A stretch of 64,000 bases of DNA from Kudoa neothunni. Its lineage: Eukaryota > Animalia > Cnidaria. The stretch lies in NCBI GenBank assembly GCA_964304625.1, contig OZ199838.1:12777843-12841842 (forward strand), read 5' to 3'. A program made the translations under genes and the position numbers. Below are positions 1 to 13,559 of this stretch, piece after piece. Position 1 is the stretch's first letter. The number at the start of each line of letters is the position of its first letter. The notes under the pieces are model-generated. The model was not told the origin of the DNA and made no database searches. It saw only the letters and a program-made list of their open reading frames with translations.

Positions 1-57
1 ACATTAATAAATAATCGTTGTGTGTTGAAGCTTGTATATTGACATCTACCAATAACG

Positions 58-567
58 CTAAATATGCATTAATGTATTAATAAGAGTATCAAGTTTACGT
101 ATTGAAAATCCAAAAACTTTTCCTCCTCTTTTATGAATATCTTCTTTTACATCATTCGCAGAGGCTCCATCTTTGATGTAAATGTATTTTGATCTTGGAG
201 AAAGAACGTCGTAACTAAGCTTATTGTTGGCACCAGCACAGGTTCTAACACATTTATTATAAATACCCGTCTCGCTGTTAATACATCTAGAAATTTCATC
301 AAAGTTGTTGCCATTAGCGTTTTCCTGCATTATGCGGCATTTAGTGCTGGTTGTATAAGCTGTTCCTTTTAGTTCAATAAGAACTTGATCGTATACCCCG
401 CTTGAACTATCTAACTGATAATAAACTTCTCTGGCAGAAGCAGCACTTGAAGCATCAGCAGAGTAACAAGAATATGCAGCTAAACCAGGAATGATTATAA
501 TTGTCGATGTGATCAACGTACATGATATGATAATCAGTAAAGTAAAAGGATTCATTTTCAAAATCAT
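58..567 (-). CDS. Single-exon orphan secreted/membrane protein (169 aa), Cys-containing
   Basis: Long ORF in very AT-rich DNA. Hydrophobic N-terminus (FTLLIIISCTLITSTIIIIPGLAA) resembles a signal peptide. Several Cys in the mature part. TATATAA on the minus strand at 591-597. No family recognised. Confidence 0.65.
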   Translation of the reverse strand: MILKMNPFTLLIIISCTLITSTIIIIPGLAAYSCYSADASSAASAREVYYQLDSSSGVYDQVLIELKGTAYTTSTKCRIMQENANGNNFDEISRCINSETGIYNKCVRTCAGANNKLSYDVLSPRSKYIYIKDGASANDVKEDIHKRGGKVFGFSIRKLDTLINTLMHI

Positions 568-2198
568 CCAAAATTCAACAATACACCTGCTTATATACTA
601 TTATACCTATTCACAGGTTTAAACATCGTGAATGTAATACAACCAAAAAAATGAATGCCTTATTCATAACGATAATATTCTGTATAGTTAAAAATCTTCG
701 GAAATGAAATCTTATTAATGCAAACACATACTTTTAAAAATATAATCGGCCTTCGATTTTTTATTCCAAAGTTGCTTCAAAATAAATTAAAAAAACAGCG
801 TTTCATATTTAAATATAAAGTATCACATCCACAAAAAATCAATTATTTTGCTCTCTAGTTCAAATTTCGTTTACATATCGTCTTAATGGGCTTCCCAATA
901 TTTCTTAATCTTCGGATTATTGATGATACATTAAAATTGATGTATCAAATTGAAAAATTTATTTATAAGGACTTATAGGCAATCTGAACGTTACTATAAA
1001 AATAATACAAATTAGATAGAATATTAAGACTATATACATCTCATTTGACATTTTATAATTTTAAATTATTTGGTAAAGCTCAAATTTATTTCAAAAATGT
1101 TCGTTATACTAATTTTATTACATAGAGCTTAGTTGACGTCATCCGGTGACACAAAATCTTTAAGAAAAAAGATTTAATTATAGATTTGAACGAATTTAAT
1201 TGTTACTAATATTTAGATATGATAATTTCAACCCAAAGTAATGTTGTTGGATAAATGCGTGATTTTGTGGCTTTATTCATAGAAATGAATTTTTTCTAAA
1301 TTTCTAATATTGTTCGTCTGTTAATTATCTAAGTATATTTTATTGTAAAATAATTCTATATCAGAAATCAACGATACATTCAATTTTTTCATTTTAATTA
1401 ATCAGCGATACTTGAGCTAGTAGACGGTTTCTCAAAATTGTAATCTGTTTAATTACTCTTCAAACATAAAATATTTCAACCGAAATTGAATATTAGTAAA
1501 TTGAAATGTTATTTTGTTAAAAACGTAAAATCCAAAATGCGGCTTATTAGGCTGTGAAGCTATTGTCGACAAAATGAACGTTGTTATCACCGTAGCGAGT
1601 AACACGTAATCCTTCTATCGTACATTTTTCCTATATTTTAAACCACAAAACATCCCCTTCTCGTAGCAACAGTCCTCGTGTTAAACTCTATCCCTTCAAG
1701 TTTTAATGGTGTTAGACGTGTAGGTCTGTAAGATTTTTTATCAATTAATAAGTTCCGCATAATTCAAACGTTTAAACTAACCATACCCACTACGCCAAAC
1801 CAAAATCACAATTGCATCACCTACCGTGTTCCCTCGGAAATAATACCTAGCGATAGTTTGGGTGGGAATTTAAAAAAAGATCTAACATTGTTTCAGAGTA
1901 TGTTGGTAATGATTATTCGACGGCACCTTGATTAATGCGCTTTATTTACAACAATAATGAATAATCAGGTTTTCTATGAAGATAATAACAATTATTTCAC
2001 AGAAAATTTAATCTACGCCCTTTTTTTACTGTCCCGTAAAAGTATGATCGTTTGATCTTATTCAGAAATATAAGACCTAGTAGCTAATTTTTGTGTAAAA
2101 TTAATATAAGACTGGGTCTTAGTTCGAGTAAATAAAGTATATGATGAGCGTAAACTTTAACTACAACTTCCATTATGGAAGAGGGACGCATAAGCGTT

Positions 2199-2278
2199 CT
2201 GACCGAAGTAGGATTTGAACTCACAACCTCGGGATTCGTGGTTCAATGTCCTGATACCTCTGTTATATGTCCGTCGTC
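2199..2278 (-). mobile_element. Degenerate tRNA-derived SINE head or tRNA pseudogene
   Basis: Reverse complement GGACATATAACAGAGG...GAGTTCAAATCC has a B-box-like motif and resembles the SINE head at ~51270-51347. Confidence 0.5.
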
Positions 2279-3405
2279 AGCTTAATAACTTAATATTTTG
2301 CTGTCACCTATTCTGAGGCTGGTTTTAATATTAACGATAAATCTGATCTATCCCATAGCCACACCTAAACGTAAGCGTCGTCAACAAGCGAAACATTCGA
2401 GTAATTTATTTCGTTATGGAAACGAATTACAGACATAGACACCATTAGTTCTTCAACCAACCACCTTTATGGAAAATGTGTGAATAAATTAGTTGATGAC
2501 AATATCACCTAGATTTGTGCTTATAAAAGTCAATTTCGATACCACTACAAAATTATTATTAATTTATAGAAAAAATTTTGTACGAAATAATGATTCTTTT
2601 ATCCTAGAAACATGAGCGATTATTTTCACGTTAAACATTGCAGTTATTATTCTAGATTAAGAATAATACTATTTTATTTGCATGGTCAATTTAAAAAACG
2701 CTCCTTGCATGACGCTGGTGTAGTTTCTTAAACAGTAAATGATACATGCAAGAAAACCATAATTAATTAGAGATTAGGACAGGATCAAAGTATCTTAACT
2801 TAACATAGCACAGATTAGTCTTTATTAGGTACTGTATTAGATGTAAACATAATTTTAACTAATTTTATGAGTTGGAGACCTGAGTCGAATTACTAAATGA
2901 ATAGGCAACAAACTAATTAATCGCTATTCCGTGGAGTTTAATATCGTGATTGGTGTTGCTGTCAAACATAATATTTGTTCTATCGATGCATTTAATTAGT
3001 GAAGCGTGTACACAACTTGCTCTCGTAAAATAGTCTAGATGGGAAGTATTTGAAAGTAACAAACGGATTTCAATTAATGATATACTTTTTCGCGTCTCTT
3101 TTTGGACGTTCGTCGACATAATTAAAGCCAAAGCGTGTGAGCCCGTAGGGCATGAATAGTTTAATCCAACTCGTTGGTTGCTTTCATTCATAAGATTCTG
3201 CCGAACTTGGATACACGCACCAAATTTTAGAACCACCCAATAACTACCTAATCTCGTTAAATCAGACTCAATTTAATTTTAAACCGAAAAAGTTTTCCAT
3301 AAAGGTGGAATTTGAAGAGTTGTCCAAAAAGTTGAAGTAATAACTCTGATGTGGTTGAATATGTTAATATGATCCCCTCTATGTTAGATATAGAGATTAT
3401 AAAAG

Positions 3406-4476
3406 ATGGGTGTCATTGATATTATAACTCGAAAGTTACGTTTCTGTGGAAGGATAATATATGACAGGAAAAAGGGGCTGATTCTTGGAAAACCACCAAT
3501 GGATCTCTGTAAGAATTGTTTTGATGTGTTCGATCTTTATAAAGTTGTGTAGTGAAATTATCCCTGTTCATACTAGCCTTATATATTGCAATTGCTGTTA
3601 TTTTTGTAGCCCAATACTTTGCTATAAAAAATGTTTATGTTGGAAGAAGAGAAACCGATCAACTCCCACCTACATCAGACATATTGTCAGTAAAGCCAGG
3701 TATAACTAGCTTTAATATCGCTCATATTTTTCCTCAAGTAATAATTCTAAACAATTCTTTTAGGTCTTTTTTTGGCTGCTGGCTCTATTGATGATTTTTC
3801 GCAATATAAATGTAATCAGCAATACAACAATAAGATGATCAAAGATGTTGAAGCTCTTCTAAAGCGTAACAAATTGACTTAGATATATTCTCTACGTTCG
3901 ATACATGCTTAAAATTTAGAATATGATGCGGCCCATAGGCGACTAGCTTGCCCTCAAATATACAACGATAGTTCCGCAAGTAAAAAATGTGGAATGAATA
4001 TAGTTGATCTTGGAACCAAATGTTCAACTTCGCCATATGGCCTTGGAACCAACAAATTTTGTATATACATGCGCCTAGCAAAAGTCTGTTTGATTTTATG
4101 GAGCAATCTCAATTTTCTATTCTTGATTTCTAGGTAGCAAACTTCAATCCACCAGGAGTAAAATCTAATGACTATATCAATGTAGAATGCAAACAAGTTA
4201 ACATTATAGTTCGATTTCATAAAAAATAACTATATCATTTAGAAGGACACTGTCGTTCAAACCAGCCCAGGAGGTTTTCTTCGAAGCATGCTACCGTATA
4301 AAGGTGGTGATGATTTACAACCGATGATTGCAATTGAAGTAAACGCCCAGGATGGCTCTTCTGTAAAATGTGTGTTGAAAGCTAAGGGGGTAACTGTATC
4401 TGGCTCTTTCTCTCCATCTACAGCGGCTGGAGTTATAGAAGTTCCCATCAAGTTGGGCCCCCAAGCTGGATGCTAA
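3406..4476 (+). CDS. Na+/K+-ATPase beta subunit-like, paralogue A (multi-exon)
   Basis: Exons give MGVIDIITRKLRFCGRIIYDRKKGLILGK (cf. FIYNP..GxILGRT), one TM (LSLFILALYIAIAVIFVAQY), CPQ..KKC..TKCSTSPYGLGTNKFCIYMRLAK (cf. YGYxxGxPCxxxKLNR), MLPYKGGDDLQPMIAI (cf. YYPYY..YLQPLVAV) and VKCVL. The six ectodomain Cys are present. Short GT-AG introns. Confidence 0.85.
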
Positions 4477-4759
4477 TATAAATAATTCCGCCACTTAACT
4501 CATCATATATTATATGATCTTTTTTCTTACTTAATAAGATTTTTATGTGCGCGCTCTAACAGAATGATCAGAGCCATCGATCATTCAACTATTACACTTA
4601 ATCTATCACCATTTCACGTCTTAGGTTCTTTCAGTTTAAAACGCGTACAAAAGTTACAAACCTGCAGCTAAAATAGAAAATATTTCGTTTAATGTACAAA
4701 GTTTGAAAATATATAAAAAGCTACGAGTTTGATAAAAAAATCATGGAAATTTTGCAAAA

Positions 4760-5877
4760 CTATCGCACAGGGCAAGGGTAGCTGTTGTTCATTTGATGGA
4801 TATTAAATTCAATTTTTCCAACAGCATTCTCCGGACTGAATGAACCTGTCGTTGGAATATCGTCTGCGATGAGGACGCATCTAACAGTCACGTTTTTGTT
4901 TGCAGGTATTCTAATAGCAACCAAAGGGCTAAGATAGGAATTTCTACGTGCGTAGGTGTACGGTAAAGCATCTACTAAAATTCCACTCGGTTTTATAGAG
5001 ATTTGCCTCTTGTTTTTGCTCTAAAATGTCCAATAATTTTTTTTCATTAAAGGTATCAAATCACTTTTCCATGGTAGTGACACATGAGAGGGATATAGTC
5101 TTTGTTATGGCGTGAATGTTTGGGAATATAGTTGATTATCTATAAAAAAATTTAATCTCTGATAAAATCACAAAAAATTCTATAGAATAAATACTTTTGT
5201 AAGTTTTACATAAAAACAGGGAGCACCATTTGTGAAACCATAGTTACTTCTGGAACATTCAGCCAACAACAAAGGATCGTAGGTGCAATTGCCGTTATTG
5301 GCTCCCCCGCCGAAACATCGACCATCAGTAGTAGAAAAATAAGCTATAATTTGTAAAAAATAAGTTTTGAATTTCCTACAGTTGGTAGATTACGCCGAAG
5401 CAGATCATCAATGTTTTTCACATAATGCCTAAACGTTTTGGGATCGTGACAGTCATATGGTGGTAGATTGAGAGAATTAACTGCAATAACAAGACCTAAT
5501 AATTAAATTACATCAAATTATTTTCAAATCTGTAATACCAGGACTATTAACAATAATTTCTTGTGTACTCGGTATGGATTCCCTGGGTGGCACATTCACC
5601 ACAACATTCAATGCTATAAATACCCAAAATATCCACACCGCAACAAACACATTAAATATCAGCAAACAAAGTATTCTTGAAACTATAATTCTGACAATTA
5701 GAAAACGGTTTACTATGTAAACATGATAATCAGCAATAATTTTCACTTACAATGCGAATAATAGTCCACACTATTAAGGTACACCACAACGCCATATAAA
5801 AATCTTCTGAAATTGAATTTAACGTCTGGTACTGTTGCATTGGAGTCTATAATTTTCTCATAGAGTGATCCTCTCAT
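4760..5877 (-). CDS. Na+/K+-ATPase beta subunit-like, paralogue B (multi-exon)
   Basis: TM segment in ORF 5513-5746, then GRC..GNC..AECSRSNYGFTNGAPCFYVKLTK, LMCHY and PSGILVDALPYTYARRNSYLSPLVAIRIPANKNVTVRCVL, ending at TAG 4760-4762. Confidence 0.88.
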
Positions 5878-8067
5878 GTATCAAATGCACCAAAATAGTT
5901 GTTTATTCTCCAGATTGTCAAGCACTATTTTATAGTGATTTTTCGGTATAAACTCTTTATTTTAAAATAAATAATTCAATAAACACTATTTTTGAGGTTA
6001 TTGATATGAGTAATAACTTGATCCAACATAAATGTTATTGCTCAGGTGTTGATCTTAATAACACGCTCCTAATCTCGGCTAAACCGCATCCACTCTGGAT
6101 TTTAATTGCTAAAATTACAATTGCATAACCATTTCCAATTTAACGATTCGATACATAATTTCTAAATGTTTTTCTACATGAAATAACTAAAATTCTACTC
6201 AATTACATCAAAATTATAAACTTACATTAAAATGATAACAATTTATTCGAATCTATTGATTTTTTTGTTTTCAATATGTCACTTTTAACTTATTTTTAGT
6301 TTTTACGCAAAACGCAAAGAATTTATGCTATCTTAAAGTATTTTTTGTGCTACTAGTTCATTTGACTGCCAGATTCTACGTATGTGTCAAAATTAGTTGT
6401 TTGTTAAATTTTCCAACTAAATATTCTAATATTTTCCATACTTAACTTAAATATGGGCATTTTTTACACCATAATAAACTAAAATCCATTTTAATAGGAT
6501 CATAAAAATCTCCTTTGTTTATTTGTTGAAGATTACGTCTATAAGTATACCATTCATTTATTAGGACTTTCGTTTGTAGTGTCCGATGATCCAAACACAT
6601 AAAGTATATACGAGTGTTTGGCTTATCGTATAGTAGCATTCTAAATATTACGTTTTCAACTTTTTTATAATCTTTTGAGCTTATTGTAACCTTGAGGATA
6701 TATTCGAATTGGTTAAGTCACATTAGATGGTATTGATTAAAATTTGATATGAATCTTGGATTCAGATACATCTGAATAGTATAGCACATCTATAACAAAT
6801 CATAATGAAGATGAGATAGTTTTTGCGTTTTAGAAAACTCAACAGTGATGTCGTGAATACATCTCAATTGGGGTAAAGTTTAGCATCACTCAAATGGCAC
6901 ACCGACGCAGGGGCTTAGCCAGTCCTTATGTAGGAAAGCAAGAATATGTCGACTAAGCTTTTGTTGTAATCTAGAATCAGGACGTCAAAATACTGATAAA
7001 TTTTATTAAACTTAATGGAATTAAATTTACTTATATGTTGATTAACCGAAATTGAACTAGATTTATATACTCTACTGTTGAAATGATACATTCGTTCGTT
7101 TCAACATAAGGGTTAGCTTTTGTTTTCTAAATATATAATAAAACATCATAAATTTAGATCTATAATAGTTACCTTCAATGTGTTTAAGATGCACTGTCTA
7201 AATCAGAACTTTCCGATAGGAGTCACACGGTTACTCAAGATCCGATACTCATAGCATGAGTCAACGAAAAAATTGTACGACTGAAGATTCTTCAATTTAA
7301 TGTATTGGTTCTACGTATCAGGAATCTCTCTCGAAAATATAGCGTGTAATTCGTGCGCCATCGAAGCTGAAATAAGTCCGGTTAACAATAGTCATTTATT
7401 AAATTTTACTAAAAATTCATTACTGTTTTAAATCTATTGTTTTCTATTAATTAAAATTTAAAAAAATGATAATTTATTTCAAAAATATTATACCTAATTA
7501 AATTCTTAAAAAAAATCATCATTTTTTTTCAAGTAAATTATAAAGCAAGTAAGAATTAAATTTTACTTAGCATCAAAAATAATTTAAAGATCTTTTTATT
7601 GAATTATTTTAATTTGTACACATCAAGTTCAAGTCAATTTGTACTCAAGAATCACATAAAATAAAACTTTTATATCCAATATTGTATCATATATTTATTT
7701 TTCTCGTTGAATTTTTATATTTATAATTAAAACTACAAATCATATTTTGCGCGTGCGTAATGATTCACATCTGTTATTTTTGCACTAAAATATTAAATAT
7801 CTAATTCATTTATGAGTTATGATTTATGCATACCATTATCATATATAGAGCTCGATTTTGACTTAAATAATGCCAAAAGAGACAAGTAACGAGTCAAAGC
7901 ATTCAATCTATTATTAGTTGTATTTATTTTTTACATTTTTTTCGCATTAAAGTGGACTTTTTTCCATGCATTTTTAGTAAACATATTTTATCCACAGAAA
8001 ATACAAAAATGAAATTTAAAATTATTATACAAGAATAGCTCAAGTTCAAGCTTGTTCAAATATTGTT

Positions 8068-8104
8068 TGGGGTGTAATACACCCCAAAATTGTTAAAGGG
8101 TTAA
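8068..8104. mobile_element. Orphan right end of a piggyBac-type element
   Basis: TGGGGTGTAATACACCCCA palindrome followed by ...AAAGGG-TTAA, mirroring the left end at 54491. No partner end found. Confidence 0.5.
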
Positions 8105-8538
8105 GATCAAAATATATAAACTCATGTAAATTTTGAACTAAGAAATGATATAAAACTAGCCATTTCCTCATAAAAAATGTCGATCGTTTTCTTTATTTTT
8201 CTCTCTCTCACTGTGGTAAAATAATGTGATTTTAGATATCAGAATATAAATTTACTAAGCCACTGTTGAATTCTATTACGAAAAATTCATTACAGCTAAA
8301 AGGTTCCTATATATTCCACCAGGTAACCCATTCAGGTTGCCGACCCTTGGTTTATAAATTCCTTTTGAGAAGGGTTGCATAATTACCCTCATAAGTGGTA
8401 AGGGATGCGAACACTAAAATGAATCCAGAAGCGCTGGGTTAATCGAATTATATTCGTCCGTGGTATTTCAATAAGTTATTCTATGAAAATTATTACGTGC
8501 TTAAAAATTACTCAAGAAATTGATAAAAGTAGCGTTAA

Positions 8539-9621
8539 CCCTCCGAAGACTTTGTGGTCAAATTAGCCCTAAGTTTTTATTTTATTGTTATACTATAAAA
8601 ATTATTTAAAAGGCAAAGAAGTGATGTTTTTTTAATTTTATCGACTCATTCTCTGATAAAATAATGATTAATATATTACTTAATCTGTGCTAATACCTTA
8701 CTAATAATCTCGGATCCTGCTCGCAAATTATCGTACGAAAAATAATACACCACGTACATTGTTTTAGCTGATAAATTGAAAACTATATGTTGGAGATTTT
8801 AAATAATATATAAATTAACGACGGCTTCACCGCCTTGTGTAAGAAACCTCTATATTGTTTTATTGTCGTACCTAAACGGGCCGCGTGTGTTTATTGTGTC
8901 TGAATGAGCGTGATAGAAAATACACTATATATTTCTCATGCGAAAAAAAATATATAATTTTTAAAAATTTGGTTAGAATTATAGAATTATTTGGATAACT
9001 CTTACAGTTCTTCAGTGAATGAACTGAGCAATAATATTTATTGCAACTTTAGCATGTGGATTGAGTTTTTTTATCAATTCCTCGAGGACAATATTCATAT
9101 CGACGTCTTTTTCGGTTATTCGAAAATTATTAGTCTGGGTCCCCAAAGATGGTGATTTTGCTTTGAGACTTTTCCCTTTCTGTAGATTTCGATCTATGAG
9201 AGGTTGATATAGAGCTTGTGCGATTTCCTTTAAAAATATTTTAGTCTCGTCTTTCCAATTGGTTAACTGAGAGTGTAGGTGTATTTTTTGAATGATTTTA
9301 AACGAGTTTTTCATATCAAAATATTTGTATAATCGGACGAAGGCGGGGTTTCGCGCTAATTTAGATTAAAGAAACAAACAGAAAAAGAATTACGGTCTAA
9401 GTGAAAATAAATAACAATATTTTCTCAAAAAAAAGTACCCAAATTATTATTTTAGACAATAAATTAGCCATTAAACAGTATTAATGGTTATATTTCACAT
9501 TGGTTTTTTACAAAATTAGTCGATCAAAATCGAAAATACCAGATTACTTAATTGGTAATAATCTGAGATCAAATTGACCCCAAAAGACTTCCGAAGATGG
9601 TTTTTTAGCGACTTTAGAAGG
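8539..9621. mobile_element. Non-autonomous piggyBac-type element carrying a transposase C-terminal fragment
   Basis: TTAA at 8535-8538 and 9622-9625. Imperfect TIRs CCCTCCGAAGAC / CCTTCTAAAGTC. Minus-strand ORF 9012-9314 (IFLKEIAQALYQPLIDRN) matches TFLKEMTQIQYQPLMNRN of the piggyBac at ~56250. Confidence 0.6.
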
Positions 9622-9994
9622 TTAAAGCAAAGGAAACTTTCATTGATATTATTTTATATCAGCGTACTAGCACTGTTTCTACAGAAACAACCTCATCTCT
9701 ATCTCAGATCACACTAATAATACGTATATTTGATACTTAAATCTAAACATCCTAAACTTAAAATAATAAATAATTATTTTAAAAAAGCGATAACAAAGTG
9801 TATCATTTTTCATTGAAAACCAAGAAAAATTTATATATGAACCGAACCAATTATTTCGATAAACCATATTACATATACAAAATTTTATACAGTGAATAAA
9901 AACTAATTTAGCGACTCAAAAAAACCAATCACAGATCAAATGGAGGGAAAATATACAAACATTGCCAGTTATTTGGTACATTGAATACATAATG

Positions 9995-11875
9995 TTACGA
10001 AAGAAAATTGGTTCCAATGAACAACGATGTAAACAATCCCATAAGAACTATCAATCCACATGAGATCATTCGTCAATAAGTAAAAACATACAAAGTGCTA
10101 TAAAAGAATAGGCTATCCAGGATTTTTTGGGTTTTGACACAGGTAGTCGAGTATACGAACAAGAAGAATCAGCTGAGCAACTCACAATTCCAAGAGGAAC
10201 CAATTCATTTTTGTTTGACCCATCATCCGCACTGATGTTATCACAGGAACTTCGTGTGAATGATAAACTCGTAACGCCAATAGAGTGGACGTTTTTCGAC
10301 CGTCCAACAATCTAAATGAAAGTAAACAATATGAAAGTAATTCTTGGTTTTAGTTTACCGCAGAATCCTGAGCATCAATCACAATGAGAGAACCATTCAG
10401 TGTACCACATGCCAAATACGATCCAGATTCACTAGATTTTTAGTGGAGAATTAGTCTGGGTATATTTTAAAATTATGAGGTGTCCATTCGACCAAACAAA
10501 TTAATGGGTTGTGTACAAAGAGTTTCACTATAGTTAATTGTTTTACTTTTAGAGCGAAATGAACGAAAAAACGTAAAATAAATTTTTCATCGCAGCTGCA
10601 ACTGCATGATGGAGTATGAGGATGAAAAATGGTGATACATATACAACAAGAATATTAAATTTGCTCGGTCAATAAAGACATTCTCTCATTAACTTACGTT
10701 TCCAAATTATCAATAGAAATTATACGTCCAGAATCAATGGAAACACCATCACAAACTGGAAAAAAGTTTTCCAGCCCAAATTTACAAACATAAGTGATGG
10801 GTTTGGCCAATTTTTTCTTTTTGGATGAAGGTAAAGATTTAGTAAATGCGGCTACCATCAATGGTTTTTGTGTGGTTTCGTCAGTAATAAAACTAAAAAA
10901 TTTAATAAGACCAGGTCAACGATTCACAGAAATACGTGAAACACTTGCAAGAAACATGTATTGTAGAATCTGCAAGACAATTACCATTCACATTCAAATC
11001 AATGTTGGATATGAGTTGAAATTCAGGATAGCTCCACACATAAATTATGCCATCGGGTGTTAAATGAATTATCTATCACAGATATTAAGAATGTTTAAAA
11101 AAAAGTGAATAAAATCAAAAAATACATTATGATGAGTAGGTGAAATTTTAAATCGTTTTATAGGTTCATATGATTTACACTGTTTCACCTCAAAGTTGTC
11201 ATCATCTGAAATCTAAATTAAGTATATATGGTAATAACTCGTGTAAGCAATAAAGGAGAATCACTTCCGAAATCACCACTAAACCATAATTGAGGGCTAC
11301 AATAACTTTCAAACTACCAGAAAATTGTTTATCTGGTAGAACAATCATATCAGATATATAGCTATCAGTTTTGTTGGTAATTTCTCTAATAGAACAACTA
11401 CTAATTTCACCAACACTTCTAACTGTGGCGTCGGTAGGTGACAAAAATCCATCACTACTATTTTCACCAGACACATCACACACATCAAAAATTCCAATTG
11501 ACGATGTTTCAACAACACTTTCATCATTACCGACGAAGGATATACGAAATATTTGAAAAGAATCGTTATATCCCACAAACAGCATATTCCTCTCACGTAC
11601 ATATTCAATACTGTTGGCAAGATGAGCCTCAGTATCTATTTCGTATACATTTTTCGATGTGATATGACCATTTTTATTGTTTATCTATTGGTTTAAAATA
11701 TAAAACTAATAAATACACATGCTAATACTTTGAAAAAAACGATCTTGTTTGGAACTCCGGTTCTCGACGATCCGCCACCCCCTGATATAACAAAAAAATC
11801 ATTTGATATAAATTTTATGTTGAATATTGGAAAATCCAGCTGACATAGCCTATCGCTAGATAAATTACGCACCAT
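9995..11875 (-). CDS. PREB: Sec12/PREB (Sar1 GEF; WD40 propeller with C-terminal TM), multi-exon
   Basis: N-terminal LDFPIFNIKF..VISGGGGSSRTGVPNKI is the Sec12 K-loop GGGGxxxxGxxN. Last blade VHSIGVTSLSF..IVSCSADSSC. A final short intron yields the TM WIAYSFIALFLMGLFTSLFIG and stop at 9995. Confidence 0.88.
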
Positions 11876-13559
11876 CAGCAAGGGCTGTAAATGCGCAATA
11901 GCAAGATTACGGTAGTGCTCCGATGACAAAGCGATTGTGGTTCAACATCACAGCTACCTTTGAAATATACACACACATTAGGTTTATTATTGGTGATTCT
12001 AAATTGAGGTTCCATTCAAAATTGAATAAATTAATAATCTTTATCATATGTTTGTTTGGTCTCGCAAGTGCATTTATTATTTTACGTTTTATTCGTGTGT
12101 TCAATACTATTCAACCTGTGTATTACTCGTAATTAGTTATTTGTTCTCAAATCCTCTTTTACGACGGTTATAATGCTAGAATTTGAAAATTTTTGGAACT
12201 GCAATTTATTGGTGGTTTTTTAGAAGCCACATTACCATTCCGTCAGTTGGTAAGAGATTGAATTGGTGATATGGGGCTTCAAAAGAATGCCTATAAGAAA
12301 TTAACCATGATCGTTTCTGTTTAATTTTAAATGGTATATTTAAACCTGTATCGAAATTAATAAGCAATTAACTTAAAAGCTTATGCATTAATTGGAATTT
12401 TTGGCCTAACAAAAATGTAAATATTTTTTTATTTATTAATCCTTATTTTAACTTTTTTCTCCCAAAATATCTTGAGCATAGATTACAAGATTAAAATTTT
12501 TAAAGGTTTGTATCACACAATCTGTCTCAGATATTGACTAAAAGAAAAACTGAGCATAACTAAGAATGGATTGATGAAAAATTGTTATTTATAATATTCA
12601 TTTTAATCCTAGAAAGCTCAGTGGCTCCTTTTGGTCAAAAATTTAATTAAATGCTTATAAAATAATAGGAATATTCCATCAAACAAAATTAATGTTACGT
12701 AAATTATATCATAAATTTTATGGAATTATATTTACAGTAATCAACCAAAATTTTGTATTCTATGTAAGTTTTTTATCAGCTTTTGCAAAATGTTACACAA
12801 TGACTCAATGGGCCTCTTTTTGGTGAGGTTTTAGGGTTAATATCAACTGTTTACATAATGTGCCATTATATGCGTTTCTACCTGTATGCGTGCGCTAATG
12901 GGTGCACAAAACCGGACATTATCAATTATAAACATTTATTCTATACTTCCGAGAAGAAAGCGTACAAATGGTTAATAATTCTATATCCAAATGATATCTT
13001 TTTTAGTTTATAAATTTTTTTGGTCAATTTACCTTGCGTTATTAAAAAAGTTATAATCACTATATGAGTAAAATTTTATCATGAAATTTTTATAATAACA
13101 ATATGGTAAACCTCAAGACTTCAGTACATTATGTATTTGTAAGAAAAAATATTTCGTCAATTAACATTAAAATAATCATTTATTAAGAGATAAAATTTAG
13201 AGAATGACTCAACTCAATAAAAATATGACTTTAGTAATGTATTGTTATAAAAAGATTATACGTGTACCGCATTTTTTTATACATATATTTTATAATTTTC
13301 ATACCTACCATTTTTATGCTTTTTAAACTATTTTACTTTTAGTTTTGTATTATATGATGTATGATATTAAAATATATGTTCCCACGGATTTGTTTTTTTT
13401 AATGGATTTAAGAGATTTTATAATGCAGAATATTCCCTATATGAAGCTAAGTTGAACAATCCACGCTAGTTTACATATAAAATAAATACAGACGTAAAAT
13501 CGTTTTTGTTAATCCTCTACAAATTTTAGATGATCCCGCAATTACCGAAATTTCGAGTA

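Noticed and set aside
2913-3236. 107-aa minus-strand ORF
   Set aside because: Non-ATG start, no recognisable motif and no splice support.
11923-12132. 69-aa hydrophobic ORF divergent from PREB
   Set aside because: It starts only ~48 bp from the PREB ATG, and hydrophobicity is expected from T-rich DNA. Unsupported.
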